Origin: an uncultured Chthonomonas sp.
GTDB taxonomy: Bacteria > Armatimonadota > Fimbriimonadia > Fimbriimonadales > Fimbriimonadaceae
Assembly (NCBI GenBank): GCA_964496145.1
Contig: CAZBXR010000002.1
Location: forward strand, 3,146-67,145
Length of the DNA stretch: 64,000 nt
Direction: 5' to 3'
Shown piece by piece: positions 37,257-46,129 of the stretch (the first letter of the stretch is position 1; the number at the start of each line of letters is the position of its first letter). The notes under the pieces are model-generated. The model was given only the letters and a program-made list of their open reading frames with translations. It was not told where the DNA came from and searched no databases. A program made the translations under genes and the position numbers.

Positions 37257-37649
37257 ATGGCAACTGAACGCAACTACGGAACAGGTCGACGCAAGAGCGC
37301 AATCGCTCGCGTTTGGCTTCAGCCTGGCGAAGGCAAGATTTCTATCAACGATCGCGATTTCAAGGAGTACTTGGGCCGACCGGTGCTTGAGATCCTTGTA
37401 AAGAGCCCGATTGTCCAACTGGATATCGATGGCAAGTACGACATCAAGGCCACGACGAAGGGCGGCGGGATCACCGGCCAAGCCGGTGCAGTCCGACTCG
37501 GCATTGCTCGAGCCTTGGTCGAAATGGACGAAAACCTCCGCAAGCCTCTGCGAGCGGCAGGCTTCCTTACCCGCGATCCTCGCGTGAAGGAACGAAAGAA
37601 GTACGGACGAAAGAAGGCGCGACGCGGCTTCCAGTTCGTCAAGCGATAA
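37257..37649 (+). CDS. rpsI: 30S ribosomal protein S9
   Basis: It contains [12 protein letters not shown] and ends in [12 protein letters not shown]. Confidence 0.95.
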   Translation: MATERNYGTGRRKSAIARVWLQPGEGKISINDRDFKEYLGRPVLEILVKSPIVQLDIDGKYDIKATTKGGGITGQAGAVRLGIARALVEMDENLRKPLRAAGFLTRDPRVKERKKYGRKKARRGFQFVKR

Positions 37650-37680
37650 GAACCCATTCTCCCGAATATTGGTTTGTAAC

Positions 37681-37714
37681 AGATTGCCCTGCACCATTTG
37701 GTGCAGGGCAATCT
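37681..37714 (+). terminator. hairpin after rpsI
   Basis: AGATTGCCCTGCACC-ATTT-GGTGCAGGGCAATCT forms a perfect 15-bp stem. The downstream T-tract is weak. Confidence 0.65.
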
Positions 37715-37830
37715 GCGTTCAACTCTTCTGCCCCCCGCACTGTCTCCTTGTGCAGCCCACCTAAACCTTGTCCTAGTAAAGATCACTGAACTAGGCAAAA
37801 CTCAGAACCGAAGGGGCGAAGCCCGGTATC

Positions 37831-38970
37831 ATGGACTCTATTGTCATGGTGGACCCCCGAGTAACGAAGCTCGCAGAGCAACTCTGTTCTTTTTCGTGTG
37901 AATTAGGCGCGGACGATTCCGTCCTCATTCACGCATTTGATATCCCTGATGAGGTCGTGGCCGAATTCGTCCGCGTTGCCTACACCTACGGATCAAAAGT
38001 CTTTGTGCGCAGGGAGAGCACGATGGTTCGCCGCGCGATGATGCACGGGATGACGGAAGCCAACGCCGCTGGCCATGCCGACATCGAAAAGTACGAGATG
38101 GAACGCATGACCGCGTACATTGCTCTGCGCGGAGCTCATAACAACCTCGAACTTGCCGAAGTGCCGGGAGAGATCTCCTCGATGTGGAGCAAGGTCTATT
38201 CCACGCCGGTCGTTTTTGGCGTACGAGTTCCAAAGACCAAGTGGGTCGCCCTGCGATGGCCGAATCCGGCGTTTGCGCAAATGGCGAGCATGAGCACCCC
38301 CGCTTTTGAAGACTTCTACTTTAAGGTCTGCACCCTCGATTACGGCAAAATGGCCGAGGCCGCCAAGCCGCTCGAAGACCTGATGAACCGAACCGACCGA
38401 GTGAAGATCACCGGCCCCGGAACCCACCTGGAATTCAGCATCAAGGGAATCGGAGCCGTGCCTTGCTCAGGCAACCGAAACATCCCGGACGGCGAATGCT
38501 TCTCGGCTCCCGTCAAGACCTCGATGAACGGGCATGTGCAGTACAACACCGTCTCGCTATATCAGGGAGTGGAGTTCAAAAACATCTTCTTCCGAGTAGA
38601 AAACGGCCGCATTGTGGAAGCCAAGTGCGATGGCCAAACCGAGAAACTAAACGAGATTTTGGATACGGATGAAGGCGCTCGCTACTTTGGCGAATGGTCG
38701 CTCGGCTACAACCCCCACGTCTTGCACCCGATGAAGGACACGCTTTTCGATGAGAAGATCGCTGGCTCGTTCCACCTCACGCCCGGAAACGCCTACGATC
38801 CGCCCGGAGGAAACGGGAATGTGTCCTCGGTCCACTGGGATATCGTGTGTATCCAAAGAGAAGACTACGGCGGAGGGGAAATCTACTTCGATGATGTTCT
38901 GATTCGCAAAGACGGCATCTTCACGCTTCCCGAATTGCAGGGATTGAATCCACAGGAGTTGGGACGATGA
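37831..38970 (+). CDS. aminopeptidase, M29 (AmpS/PepS-like) family
   Basis: The 379-aa length and overall sequence resemble thermophilic-metalloprotease-type aminopeptidases. Confidence 0.75.
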   Translation: MDSIVMVDPRVTKLAEQLCSFSCELGADDSVLIHAFDIPDEVVAEFVRVAYTYGSKVFVRRESTMVRRAMMHGMTEANAAGHADIEKYEMERMTAYIALRGAHNNLELAEVPGEISSMWSKVYSTPVVFGVRVPKTKWVALRWPNPAFAQMASMSTPAFEDFYFKVCTLDYGKMAEAAKPLEDLMNRTDRVKITGPGTHLEFSIKGIGAVPCSGNRNIPDGECFSAPVKTSMNGHVQYNTVSLYQGVEFKNIFFRVENGRIVEAKCDGQTEKLNEILDTDEGARYFGEWSLGYNPHVLHPMKDTLFDEKIAGSFHLTPGNAYDPPGGNGNVSSVHWDIVCIQREDYGGGEIYFDDVLIRKDGIFTLPELQGLNPQELGR

Positions 38971-39275
38971 CCATGTTTCGCCGATTGTATTGGGTGACGG
39001 AAGAGCACGGCGCCGATGGCAGTGTCCACGCCACCGGCGTGTACACGTCGGTCCCCGACCTACTAGAAAAGGGACTGAGACTTGTTGAAGGCGAGAGCTC
39101 CCACCTCACCTTGAAACTCGTCAAGCTCGATTCTCGAAAAGGCCCCATCGGAGCGTGGGGGAAAGAAAACCTTGCTTCGCTCGAATCGGAGATGCAGCAG
39201 TTCATCGAGACCGGTGAAATGACCATCGAGCATGTGAACAACTTGGTCGACGGATTGCACGCATTCTGGAAATAG
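38967..39275 (+). CDS. hypothetical protein (102 aa)
   Basis: It has an ATGA overlap with the aminopeptidase stop. No family was recognised. Confidence 0.5.
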   Translation: MTMFRRLYWVTEEHGADGSVHATGVYTSVPDLLEKGLRLVEGESSHLTLKLVKLDSRKGPIGAWGKENLASLESEMQQFIETGEMTIEHVNNLVDGLHAFWK

Positions 39276-39282
39276 GCTCGCC

Positions 39283-40218
39283 ATGATACTTGTGTACGGC
39301 ACGGTCTGCTTAGATAGGGTTCGACACGTGCGGTCTCTCCCCCCGCTGGGCGGTTACTCCGAGATTCTCGAGGAAACCGACCATCTAGGGGGTGAGGCAA
39401 GTAATACGTCGGTTGCCCTCGCCAGGTGGGGCAGCGATGTTCGGTTGTTTGCGAACGCGATTGGTCAAGGGCCTTCGGCGGATTTTGTGATTCGTCAGCT
39501 CATGCAAAATGGGTTGACGCTCTCCAGTCCCCTCTCGAACGATCGCCCTGCGCCCTACTGTGAGATCTACGTCACGGATGATGGCGAACGGACGATGTTT
39601 GGCTATGGGTTCCTTCAGATGCACGAAGAAGTAGACCCAACTACCGCCCCTTACGAGGCTGGAGGATGGTTTACCGCCGACCGGAATCACGGCGATGCCG
39701 CGAACCGAGCCGTTTCGCTCGCCGCCGAACAAGGCATGAGCCTGTACTTGCTCGATTTTGTGTACGACGAGGATCTGCGTCCCCCGGGCTCGATCATCCA
39801 ATCGAGTACCGACCACGTGGGGAGCCACGGAAACACGCAGCGGAACCTGGAATGGGTCTCGGCCTTTGCCCAGCGCACGAAATGCACCACCATACTCAGT
39901 GACGGCCCGAACGGGTTTTGCGTCGGCGATCCCTCGGGCGAATCGTACGCTTTTCCCCCGTTCCCATGTCCAACCATGGTCGATTCTACCGGGGCGGGCG
40001 ATGTCTTTCGAGCGGGAATGCTTTACGGGCTGGACCAAGGCTGGTCTTTGCCCGGCTGCTTCCGCTTTGCCTCCGCGGCGGGCTGCCTGAACTGTCGGTC
40101 GTGGGGAGGCAACGCCGGAGTCCCTCATCTCGATGAAGTTCGGGACTTGATTGCAAAAAATCCTAGAATAGCGAAGCAGTATGAGATTGACTTCGTCAAT
40201 GAATTTGCCTCTAGCTAG
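39283..40218 (+). CDS. PfkB-family carbohydrate/nucleoside kinase
   Basis: It contains DSTGAGDVFRAG and has a ribokinase-like layout. Confidence 0.8.
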   Translation: MILVYGTVCLDRVRHVRSLPPLGGYSEILEETDHLGGEASNTSVALARWGSDVRLFANAIGQGPSADFVIRQLMQNGLTLSSPLSNDRPAPYCEIYVTDDGERTMFGYGFLQMHEEVDPTTAPYEAGGWFTADRNHGDAANRAVSLAAEQGMSLYLLDFVYDEDLRPPGSIIQSSTDHVGSHGNTQRNLEWVSAFAQRTKCTTILSDGPNGFCVGDPSGESYAFPPFPCPTMVDSTGAGDVFRAGMLYGLDQGWSLPGCFRFASAAGCLNCRSWGGNAGVPHLDEVRDLIAKNPRIAKQYEIDFVNEFASS

Positions 40219-40262
40219 GATTCACGCGAATAGCGGTATTCTTGCTCTCTAAGGAACAACCC

Positions 40263-40832
40263 ATGACACAATTATTGTCCTCACTCGCACTCGTCCTCTC
40301 TATCGCTGCAACAAAGGTAGACGAACCCACCCCGGACATGATGGCCGAAATGATGAAGCCTCCCAAGGAAATGGGGCAAGTCTCCTGGCTTCTCGGAAAG
40401 TGGGACGGCGACATGGAATTCAGCTTCGGCGGACCTCCGTCGAAGGGTACTGGCACCATCGAATTCAAAATGACCATGAAAGGTCGTTATATGGAAGGGA
40501 CGCACACCTATACCGAGAAGACGATAGGCTATCAAGAGGGTGCCAGCCTCATGACCTTCGATCCTGAAAAGAAGAAGTGGCGGGCGCACTGGTTCGATTC
40601 GACCACGGCCGAGATCATGGAAGTGAAAGGCGACCTCACTGGCAACAAGATTTCTCTTGAGTCTGGCCCGATGGACCAACCGATGATGGGTGGAGCCTTC
40701 CGGTATCGCAACTCCTACGAGAAATCTGGCAAGGGCTTTGTGATGATGCTGGATATGGTCCAGACGAAAGATGGAAAAGATGTCGGAGCCTGGGTGAACA
40801 TCATCAAGGGCACCTTTACCAAGGCAAAGTAA
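40263..40832 (+). CDS. secreted DUF1579-like protein
   Basis: AAGGAA lies upstream of the ATG at 40263. It has a signal peptide and WLLGKWDGDMEF. The family call is made from memory. Confidence 0.55.
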   Translation: MTQLLSSLALVLSIAATKVDEPTPDMMAEMMKPPKEMGQVSWLLGKWDGDMEFSFGGPPSKGTGTIEFKMTMKGRYMEGTHTYTEKTIGYQEGASLMTFDPEKKKWRAHWFDSTTAEIMEVKGDLTGNKISLESGPMDQPMMGGAFRYRNSYEKSGKGFVMMLDMVQTKDGKDVGAWVNIIKGTFTKAK

Positions 40833-40927
40833 GGTCGATCTATTGGAGCATGGGGGCGAGCGCATTGGCGTTCGCCCCATTGTTACGTCCCAAGCTGAAA
40901 AGTCATTTCAACTTTAACACGAGGGTC

Positions 40928-40965
40928 TTGACATACTCTGCATTGCAGTTCTACAATGCAGAGTA
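40928..40965 (+). promoter_or_regulatory. consensus-like promoter overlapped by a perfect 10-bp inverted repeat (candidate PadR operator)
   Basis: TTGACA (40928-40933), an 18-nt spacer and TACAAT (40952-40957) form the promoter. The inverted repeat is TACTCTGCAT (40934-40943), 12 nt, then ATGCAGAGTA (40956-40965). Confidence 0.55.
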
Positions 40966-41306
40966 TGGGCAATCACGTGCTTGGCACAATGGAACGTCAC
41001 CTGATGACGATCATCAGGAACTCCGGGAACTCGATTTCGGGTTACGATCTACGTGAGGCGTATGGACAGGTCTCCGGTAGGTACCTCTCCATTGGTCAAC
41101 TTTACTCAACGTTGGAACGGCTCGAAACAAAGGGTTTTGTATATCATGAGACCGTCGCCGGAGACGAGGCAAGGGGAGGGCGTCGTCAGCGATTGTTTGC
41201 TCTGGGAGGTATTGGGCAACAAGCGTTGTCAGAAGCGGAAAACCTCGAGATTAACTTGGCAAAGTTTCGACTTGGGCTTACTCAATGCGGAGGAACAAGT
41301 GCCTAA
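40956..41306 (+). CDS. PadR-family transcriptional regulator
   Basis: The winged-helix region reads SGYDLREAYGQVSGRYLSIGQLYSTLERLETKGFV. An alternative ATG lies at 40965. Confidence 0.85.
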   Translation: MQSMGNHVLGTMERHLMTIIRNSGNSISGYDLREAYGQVSGRYLSIGQLYSTLERLETKGFVYHETVAGDEARGGRRQRLFALGGIGQQALSEAENLEINLAKFRLGLTQCGGTSA

Positions 41307-41871
41307 CAGAGGAAAACACAAAAATATCCGGATTTCTCGCGATTATGGGAGAGAATTCGAAAGTCAAAAGGAACAAACTAACAAGATTTTGCGCGGGAAG
41401 CAAGACCTTGCCACTATTTTTCTGAGACAAGTGCGGATGCTGTATGCGTTTGGGACTAGCGAAGCAGGCCAACGAATATTCACAGCCTTAAGCCTAGTTT
41501 GGGTCTCGGGCTATCTGGGACTTTGGGCTATCACCAGGCATTGGTTCCCTCTTACCGTGTCTTGTTTTGGCTTCCTCGCTTTAGTTGCCCATTATGTTTG
41601 TCAAGGGTATGAACCCAATAAACTTACGATCTCGGTACGTTTTCAAACGCTGAGGCAGGCAAAACCTGAATGGACATTTCTCCTTCCCGAATCTATCCGG
41701 GAAGAGGTGGAAGGAGACATACTGCAGAAAAAGAAGGCTATGATCGATGCTGGCCAAGCGAATTGGTTCGTATCGTTGTGCTGCAACTTTGAATTCTTTG
41801 TCGCTGTGGTCAGGCTTACCCTGCCGACTATCCTGAAGATCATGATGGCTTGGCGTGGTAAGGCGGGATAG
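41299..41871 (+). CDS. hypothetical membrane protein coupled to PadR
   Basis: The GTG at 41299 follows GGAGGA by 5 nt and overlaps the padR end by 8 nt. There are several hydrophobic segments. The upstream part of the listed ORF at 41053 is an out-of-frame overlap with padR. Confidence 0.55.
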   Translation: MPNRGKHKNIRISRDYGREFESQKEQTNKILRGKQDLATIFLRQVRMLYAFGTSEAGQRIFTALSLVWVSGYLGLWAITRHWFPLTVSCFGFLALVAHYVCQGYEPNKLTISVRFQTLRQAKPEWTFLLPESIREEVEGDILQKKKAMIDAGQANWFVSLCCNFEFFVAVVRLTLPTILKIMMAWRGKAG

Positions 41872-41913
41872 TAAGCGCCATTGAGGGGGGAACGGACAGG
41901 TACCATCAATCGT

Positions 41914-42540
41914 ATGAACCCACGTCCTGTCATCCCCGTCGCGCACGATTTTGTCTGCCCATGGTGCTGGGTGGGTTGGCACCAAGCCAAGCAGATGCAA
42001 GAAGAGTTCGGCGTCGAGATCGAATGGCGCGGGTACGAACTGTTTCCAGAGTGGATGGCTTTTCCGTCCTCGGCGCCCGCCAAGCCCGATAGCGTCAAGA
42101 GTGATCGTCCTGTCACCCCCACGAAAATGCAGCTGGCCTATGCTGCACAAGGCATGAATCCGCCGACCAACAAGTTCAAGGGGGATATTCGCACCCACAA
42201 GGCCCACGAGCTTGTCGAGCTCGCAAAGACAGTGAACAAGGCCGATGCGATGGTGGAGCGACTGTACCGCGCACTTTGGGAAGAAGGGAAGAATATTGAT
42301 GATGCCGACGTACTTGTGGCAGAGGCGGCGGCGGTGGCCCTCAACGAGGCAGATGCCCGAGCCGTGATCGAAGAATTTCCCTTCAAGAACAATATAGTCG
42401 AGTACGATGACGACGCCTACGCTACGGGTGTGTACAACGTACCAACATTTTTCATCGGCGGGGAGCGCTACGCCGAGCAGCCCTACCGGGTCCTCCGGCC
42501 CGCGCTTGCTCAGGCGATTCAGGCCCCGGAGTACGCTTGA
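41914..42540 (+). CDS. DsbA-family thiol oxidoreductase (FrnE/HCCA-isomerase-like)
   Basis: It contains FVCPWCWVG and VYNVPTFFIGG. Confidence 0.75.
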   Translation: MNPRPVIPVAHDFVCPWCWVGWHQAKQMQEEFGVEIEWRGYELFPEWMAFPSSAPAKPDSVKSDRPVTPTKMQLAYAAQGMNPPTNKFKGDIRTHKAHELVELAKTVNKADAMVERLYRALWEEGKNIDDADVLVAEAAAVALNEADARAVIEEFPFKNNIVEYDDDAYATGVYNVPTFFIGGERYAEQPYRVLRPALAQAIQAPEYA

Positions 42541-43205
42541 CGGCCTGGCCAGACCTTCAGTTTCCTGACCCGCCGCGCCACCGGCCGTATATCGTGACCA
42601 ACATGGTCACGACCCTCGACGGAAAGTCTATTCTCGGGGAACGGAACGAGTCGGTCATGGGTTTAGGCTCCAAAACCGACTACGAAACGCTCCGATTTCT
42701 TCAATCGAAGGTTGATGCGGTTCTCATCGGTGCGAACACCCTTCGAGCCACGAAGAACATCTGGTACCCAAAAAAGTTGATACGATTGGTGCTAACAAGG
42801 GATGGAAACGTGCCCTTGGAATCAAGATTTTTCACAGATCCTGGAATGGCGATCATCGTTTCTGATTCTGTTTCTGTGAATTGGCATGATGTTGGGTTTA
42901 TGTCGTTTTTTGATCCGGAAGTCTTTGCAGGCCACCTCCGAGATGTGTTTGGTGTTAAGCGCCTTCTCGTCGAAGGCGGCAGCGAAACAAACGCGCTCTT
43001 TTTTGCGAAGGATATGGTGGATGAACTTTTTCTCACCCTCGCTCCCAAGGTCAAGCTGGGAGCCAATCTCCCTACCTATGCCGGCGGAGATCCTTTGGAT
43101 AAAGAGGATGTGCTTCGCTGGCGGCTCGTGGGTTGTCAGCCCATCGAAGACGAGGTCTTTCTGCGCTACCGGCGCGATCGCGCCGAAGGGGCAAAAGTAA
43201 AGTGA
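42537..43205 (+). CDS. RibD C-terminal domain / dihydrofolate-reductase-like protein
   Basis: It contains VTTLDGKS and LLVEGGSETNALF. Its TTG start overlaps the upstream stop. Confidence 0.7.
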   Translation: MTAWPDLQFPDPPRHRPYIVTNMVTTLDGKSILGERNESVMGLGSKTDYETLRFLQSKVDAVLIGANTLRATKNIWYPKKLIRLVLTRDGNVPLESRFFTDPGMAIIVSDSVSVNWHDVGFMSFFDPEVFAGHLRDVFGVKRLLVEGGSETNALFFAKDMVDELFLTLAPKVKLGANLPTYAGGDPLDKEDVLRWRLVGCQPIEDEVFLRYRRDRAEGAKVK

Positions 43206-44353
43206 GGACCAAGGGCCATCCCCTCGCCCCCAAGAACTTTTTGCTGAGAAATGCAGGGAAGACCCTGCCGCTCGTGGCGGTGATCATCCTTGCGGTGATG
43301 CTCATCGCGGGCATTGTCTCGCTTATCAACTCCATCCCTTTCAGCATTCGAACGATCTATGACTATTCGAAGCGCTACACCGGAGTGACCCCGCGTGGAG
43401 ACGCGACACTCTCCCCCCTGCTGAAGGAGAGGATCGAAAAAGGGGCGCCTGTCAAGTTGAATCGCGTGATGACGTGCCGCGCCTCGGACTCGGTCGTCAA
43501 AAGCATAGTCGGAAAGTGGCCTTTCGTCATCCTCGGCCTCAATCAAGATGATATGCGCTACTACCTGAAGGAGATGGGTGGAGAGGAAATCGTCGGCCGA
43601 CTGCCAAAAGTCAAGGAGGCGGGAGCCGTGGTGAGCGAGCCTCTCGCCCGGAATCTTGGATTGAAGATTGGCGACGATTTGCTCGGGCCGGACAAGTTAG
43701 AGGGTTACTCCCCCAATAAGGTCAAGGTGGTGGGAATCGCGCAAACGCAGCGGTGGCTTGCCATTGTCCCGATTGAATATCACCAGGCGTACCATTTCCC
43801 GCCCATCGACGTGCTTGCGGCCTTTGCCGAAGACCCGCGTGACCAAAAGAAGCTGGACGACTGGATCGAACAGGAATTTGATGGAGAACGGGCGAGGGTG
43901 TACAGCTACGGCTTGTTAGAAAAAGACACGAGCCAGATGTTCAATATCTTGTACAAGGTCCTGAACGTGGTTATTGGCACCTTGGTGGTGGTCATCACCT
44001 TCATGATGGGCATGCTCATGAACATCTATCAGCGGCAGCGCATCCAGGAGTTTGGCCTCCTGCAGGCTCTTGGCTACACGAAGGCGTTCCTGCTACGGCG
44101 GGTGATTGTAGAGTCTGTGGTGGTCGTGCTTTTCGGATGGGTGGCAGGCGTGGCGATTGCGTTTGGCCTCCTCAATCTCACCAAGAAAATCCTCATGGAC
44201 CCCAGCGCATTCGCGCTGAATGTCCTCGATCCCGTGGCGTACCTTTACACGGTTCCTGCGCCTATTGCGATCCTCGGGGTGGCATGGTTTACGGTCCACC
44301 GCACCTTCCGTTCGTTCGATCCGGTGGGAATCGTCGAAAGGAGGCTCGTATGA
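43202..44353 (+). CDS. ABC transporter permease, FtsX/MacB-like
   Basis: The GTG start overlaps the upstream stop (GTGA). It has an N-terminal transmembrane segment, a large loop and a C-terminal bundle of three transmembrane segments. Confidence 0.7.
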   Translation: MRTKGHPLAPKNFLLRNAGKTLPLVAVIILAVMLIAGIVSLINSIPFSIRTIYDYSKRYTGVTPRGDATLSPLLKERIEKGAPVKLNRVMTCRASDSVVKSIVGKWPFVILGLNQDDMRYYLKEMGGEEIVGRLPKVKEAGAVVSEPLARNLGLKIGDDLLGPDKLEGYSPNKVKVVGIAQTQRWLAIVPIEYHQAYHFPPIDVLAAFAEDPRDQKKLDDWIEQEFDGERARVYSYGLLEKDTSQMFNILYKVLNVVIGTLVVVITFMMGMLMNIYQRQRIQEFGLLQALGYTKAFLLRRVIVESVVVVLFGWVAGVAIAFGLLNLTKKILMDPSAFALNVLDPVAYLYTVPAPIAILGVAWFTVHRTFRSFDPVGIVERRLV

Positions 44354-45009
44354 TTCGAGCCGATCAGGTTTCGCTCATTTACCAAGACCACGGCAAAGAG
44401 GTGGCCGCCTGTCTCGATATCTCCGTCGAAATCCATCCAGGAGAGTTTGTCGGAATTCTAGGGCCCTCTGGTTCGGGGAAATCGAGCCTTTTGTTCTTGC
44501 TGAGCGGGATGAAAACGCCCAGCCGAGGCCGGGTTTTGGTGGATGACATTGATCTTGCGACTCTCAACGATGCCCAGCGGGCGGAGCTTCGGCTCAGGCG
44601 GTTCGGATTTGTGTTTCAACACCCATTTCTTCTGGGATATCTTTCTATCGCCGAAAATGTGGCGGCGGCTCGGATCGAGAAAGATTCCATGGACGAGGCG
44701 ATGGACCTTCTCTCCCGGCTAGGGTTGGGGGAAAAGGCGCACCGGCTGCCCCACGAGCTGAGTGGAGGTGAGAAACAACGTGCGTGTCTCGCCCGGGCCC
44801 TCATGGGCAGTCCCGACGTGATTTTTGCGGACGAACCGACCGCGGCTTTGGATCATAAGAACGGCCAGATGGTGGTCGATCTTCTGCAAGAACAACGAAA
44901 AGGCGGGGCATTGGTCCTTGTCACTCACGATCCCACAATCTTAGAAAGCGCGGGCCGAATTTTGCGGGTAGAGGACGGAATGATAGCCGAAATCATCAGT
45001 CAATCCTGA
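44350..45009 (+). CDS. ABC transporter ATP-binding protein (MacB/LolD-like)
   Basis: It has an ATGA overlap with the permease gene. Motifs are GPSGSGKSSLL, LSGGEKQRACLARAL and VIFADEPT. Confidence 0.9.
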   Translation: MIRADQVSLIYQDHGKEVAACLDISVEIHPGEFVGILGPSGSGKSSLLFLLSGMKTPSRGRVLVDDIDLATLNDAQRAELRLRRFGFVFQHPFLLGYLSIAENVAAARIEKDSMDEAMDLLSRLGLGEKAHRLPHELSGGEKQRACLARALMGSPDVIFADEPTAALDHKNGQMVVDLLQEQRKGGALVLVTHDPTILESAGRILRVEDGMIAEIISQS

Positions 45010-45617
45010 AAATCGACGTCAAAAACGTGGATTCTCATAAAAACCCCCTTGGGCCTTGTTGTGCCCGCGTTTGCAGAAAATGCCCCAGTCTTTGCGGGTT
45101 TTCGCACATTTTCGCCCTAGAGGGTCCAATTGGCATGGGTCTTTCGGTACAATTTCCCCCTGCGTCCCGCTTCGAAGCGAACATTCGCTAGAAAAAGGAC
45201 GACCAACGTTCGGAGAATTAATGTAGCAGAAGAATGGAAAGTCGATCGATCCTTAGGCTAACGGGCCGGTGCCCGGGTTTTGGGGACACTCTCAACGCAA
45301 TTGCAAACGAGATCGGTCACTGGGTTCTGTACATCTCCAACTCCTCGTCAACTGGTCGGGTTTCTCCCGGAAGCGCTCCACGCTGCCGGTCCGCCATTCT
45401 CACTTTTAGGGAAACTTGATTGGATAAAATCCTACACATAACATCCGCCACACTGGCTTTCGCTGCACTTGCCCCCTCGCTTGAGGTCGGACAGTCCTCT
45501 TTGCTTCAACGTCTGTTCCGACGTTTCCGGAAAGTAAAACCTGAACCCGTTTCAGTCTTGGCTCCGCCACCGACTGTGCGCAATGAGGGCGGTTGGACTT
45601 TCGTTCAATGCGACGAC

Positions 45618-46043
45618 ATGGATTCGTTCACAGCGTGGCTTGAAAAGGATGAACAGGGTCTCCCATTTAGTGACGGGGAATCTCCGTCCCTAGGCTCTCA
45701 CCTTCTTGTCGAGCTTTTCGATTGCAATCCTGAATCGCTGAAGCTAGAAAGCACGGTGGGGAAGGCTATGATTGATGCCGCAGTGGTGAGCGAAGCGACG
45801 ATTGTCGCCGACAGCTTCCACGAGTTCAAGCCTTATGGCGTGTCGGGCGCGGTCATCATTCAAGAATCCCACTACACAATCCACACGTGGCCAGAGCATG
45901 GCTATGCCGCAGTTGACCTGTTCTACTGTGGGGGAACTATTCACGTTCACAAGGCCATGGATACGCTCAAGGAGCGGTTCCAGCCCGGCCGAGTGAAGTT
46001 CCTCGTCGTGCGACGAGGCGTTCAGTCCGAAGTCGAACGATAA
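45618..46043 (+). CDS. speH: S-adenosylmethionine decarboxylase proenzyme (class 1, SpeH-like)
   Basis: It contains YGVSGAVIIQESHYTIHTWPEHGYAAVDLFYCG. The start is uncertain because the ORF is open back to a TTG at 45420. Confidence 0.8.
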   Translation: MDSFTAWLEKDEQGLPFSDGESPSLGSHLLVELFDCNPESLKLESTVGKAMIDAAVVSEATIVADSFHEFKPYGVSGAVIIQESHYTIHTWPEHGYAAVDLFYCGGTIHVHKAMDTLKERFQPGRVKFLVVRRGVQSEVER

Positions 46044-46066
46044 GTTCGTCGTCGAATCATAAGGGA

Positions 46067-46103
46067 AAGCCCCTCCGTATCGTTACAGAGGGGCTTTTTG
46101 CGT
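46067..46103 (+). terminator. rho-independent terminator shared by convergent genes
   Basis: AAAGCCCCTC-N11-GAGGGGCTTT is followed by TTGCGTTTG. Confidence 0.7.
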
Positions 46104-46129
46104 TTGCTGTCCGTGCTGTTAGAGGGTGT

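Noticed and set aside
39385-40128. A 247-aa minus-strand ORF lies opposite the PfkB kinase gene.
   Set aside because: It is Arg/Gly/Pro-rich antisense-frame sequence. The plus-strand gene carries the clear GAGD kinase motif.
41053-41298. The 272-aa ORF from 41053 has a 5' part that overlaps padR in another frame.
   Set aside because: padR has a clear winged-helix sequence in its own frame. A GGAGGA-GTG start at 41299 explains the downstream membrane protein without the overlap.
41581-42207. A 208-aa minus-strand ORF spans the junction between the PadR-associated membrane gene and the DsbA-like gene.
   Set aside because: It overlaps two better-supported plus-strand genes and shows no recognisable features.
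45280-45420. A possible tmRNA or other small RNA was suggested by GGGGAC... followed by GCAAACGAG, which resembles the start of a tag reading frame.
   Set aside because: There is no tRNA-like acceptor or T-arm (no GGTTCGAATCC-type element). The putative tag frame does not end in a hydrophobic LAA-like tail, and no pseudoknot pattern is evident.
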